The notes below the pieces were generated by a model. It was given only the letters and a program-made list of their open reading frames with translations. It did not search any database and was not told the origin of the DNA. From the NCBI RefSeq assembly GCF_006345805.1, contig NC_042997.1, forward strand, positions 31,124,001 to 31,188,000: 64,000 nt of DNA. The letters are read 5' to 3'. Below, one piece after another: positions 63,658 through 64,000 of this stretch. Positions within the stretch are counted from its first letter, which is position 1. Every line of letters starts with the position of its first letter. This DNA is from Octopus sinensis. Its lineage: Eukaryota. A program made the translations under genes and the position numbers.

Positions 63658-64000
63658 AAGGCGGCAAGCTGGCAGAATCGTTAGCACGCCGAGTAAGGTA
63701 CTCAGCAGCATTTCGTCCGTCATTACTTTCCGAGTTCAAATTCCACTGAGGTCGACTTTGCCTATCATCTTTTCGGGATCGATGAAATAACTACCAGTTG
63801 AGCACTGGGGTCGATGTAATCGACCAGCACCCTCCCCTATAAAAATTTCAAGCCAATAGTAGAAAGGATTATTAAAGGCAATGAGCTGGCAGAGTCGTTA
63901 GCGCACCGAACATATTCTTAGCGATATTTCGTCTATCATTATGTTGTGTGTTCAAATTCCGCCAAGATCGATTTTGTCTTTCATTCTATCGGGATCGATG
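63658..64000 (+). mobile_element. Two tandem older Meta-like SINEs; the second starts at ~63875 and runs off the window
   Basis: aaggcggcaagctggcagaatcgttagc and aaggcaatgagctggcagagtcgttagc heads. Confidence 0.85.

Overview
AT-rich eukaryotic non-coding DNA packed with microsatellites ((TA)n, (TG)n, (TACA)n, (TATC)n, (ATT)n, (CAT)n, (CAC)n). The repeat families and microsatellite load suggest a coleoid cephalopod, probably Octopus (inference, not a database hit). I found no convincing host exon, rRNA, true tRNA gene or CRISPR array; almost all listed ORFs are microsatellite read-through. Recognisable content: (1) several tRNA-derived SINE families (Meta-like, CORE-like with an internal microsatellite, V-domain-like), many with clear TSDs, nested or concatenated; (2) relics of three restriction-like-endonuclease (RLE) non-LTR clades (CRE 1.3 kb, R4/Dong 3.3 kb, HERO 36.9 kb); (3) a ~1 kb Penelope-like RT relic (24.1-25.1 kb); (4) four Tc1/mariner relics, including a TIR-complete 1041-bp DD34D mariner (35209-36249); (5) at least six minimal hammerhead-ribozyme motifs in short microsatellite-embedded units; (6) a head-to-head palindromic tRNA-like dimer apparently joined through (TAA)n to a hammerhead-bearing module; (7) recent tandem duplications (0.23 kb and 1.25 kb). 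The best candidates for an under-described system are the ribozyme-bearing non-autonomous elements with the palindromic Pol III dimer, and SINE concatemers that always join at the same internal base. Protein assignments come from my own translation and motif recall, not searches; element ends are approximate unless TSDs or TIRs are given.
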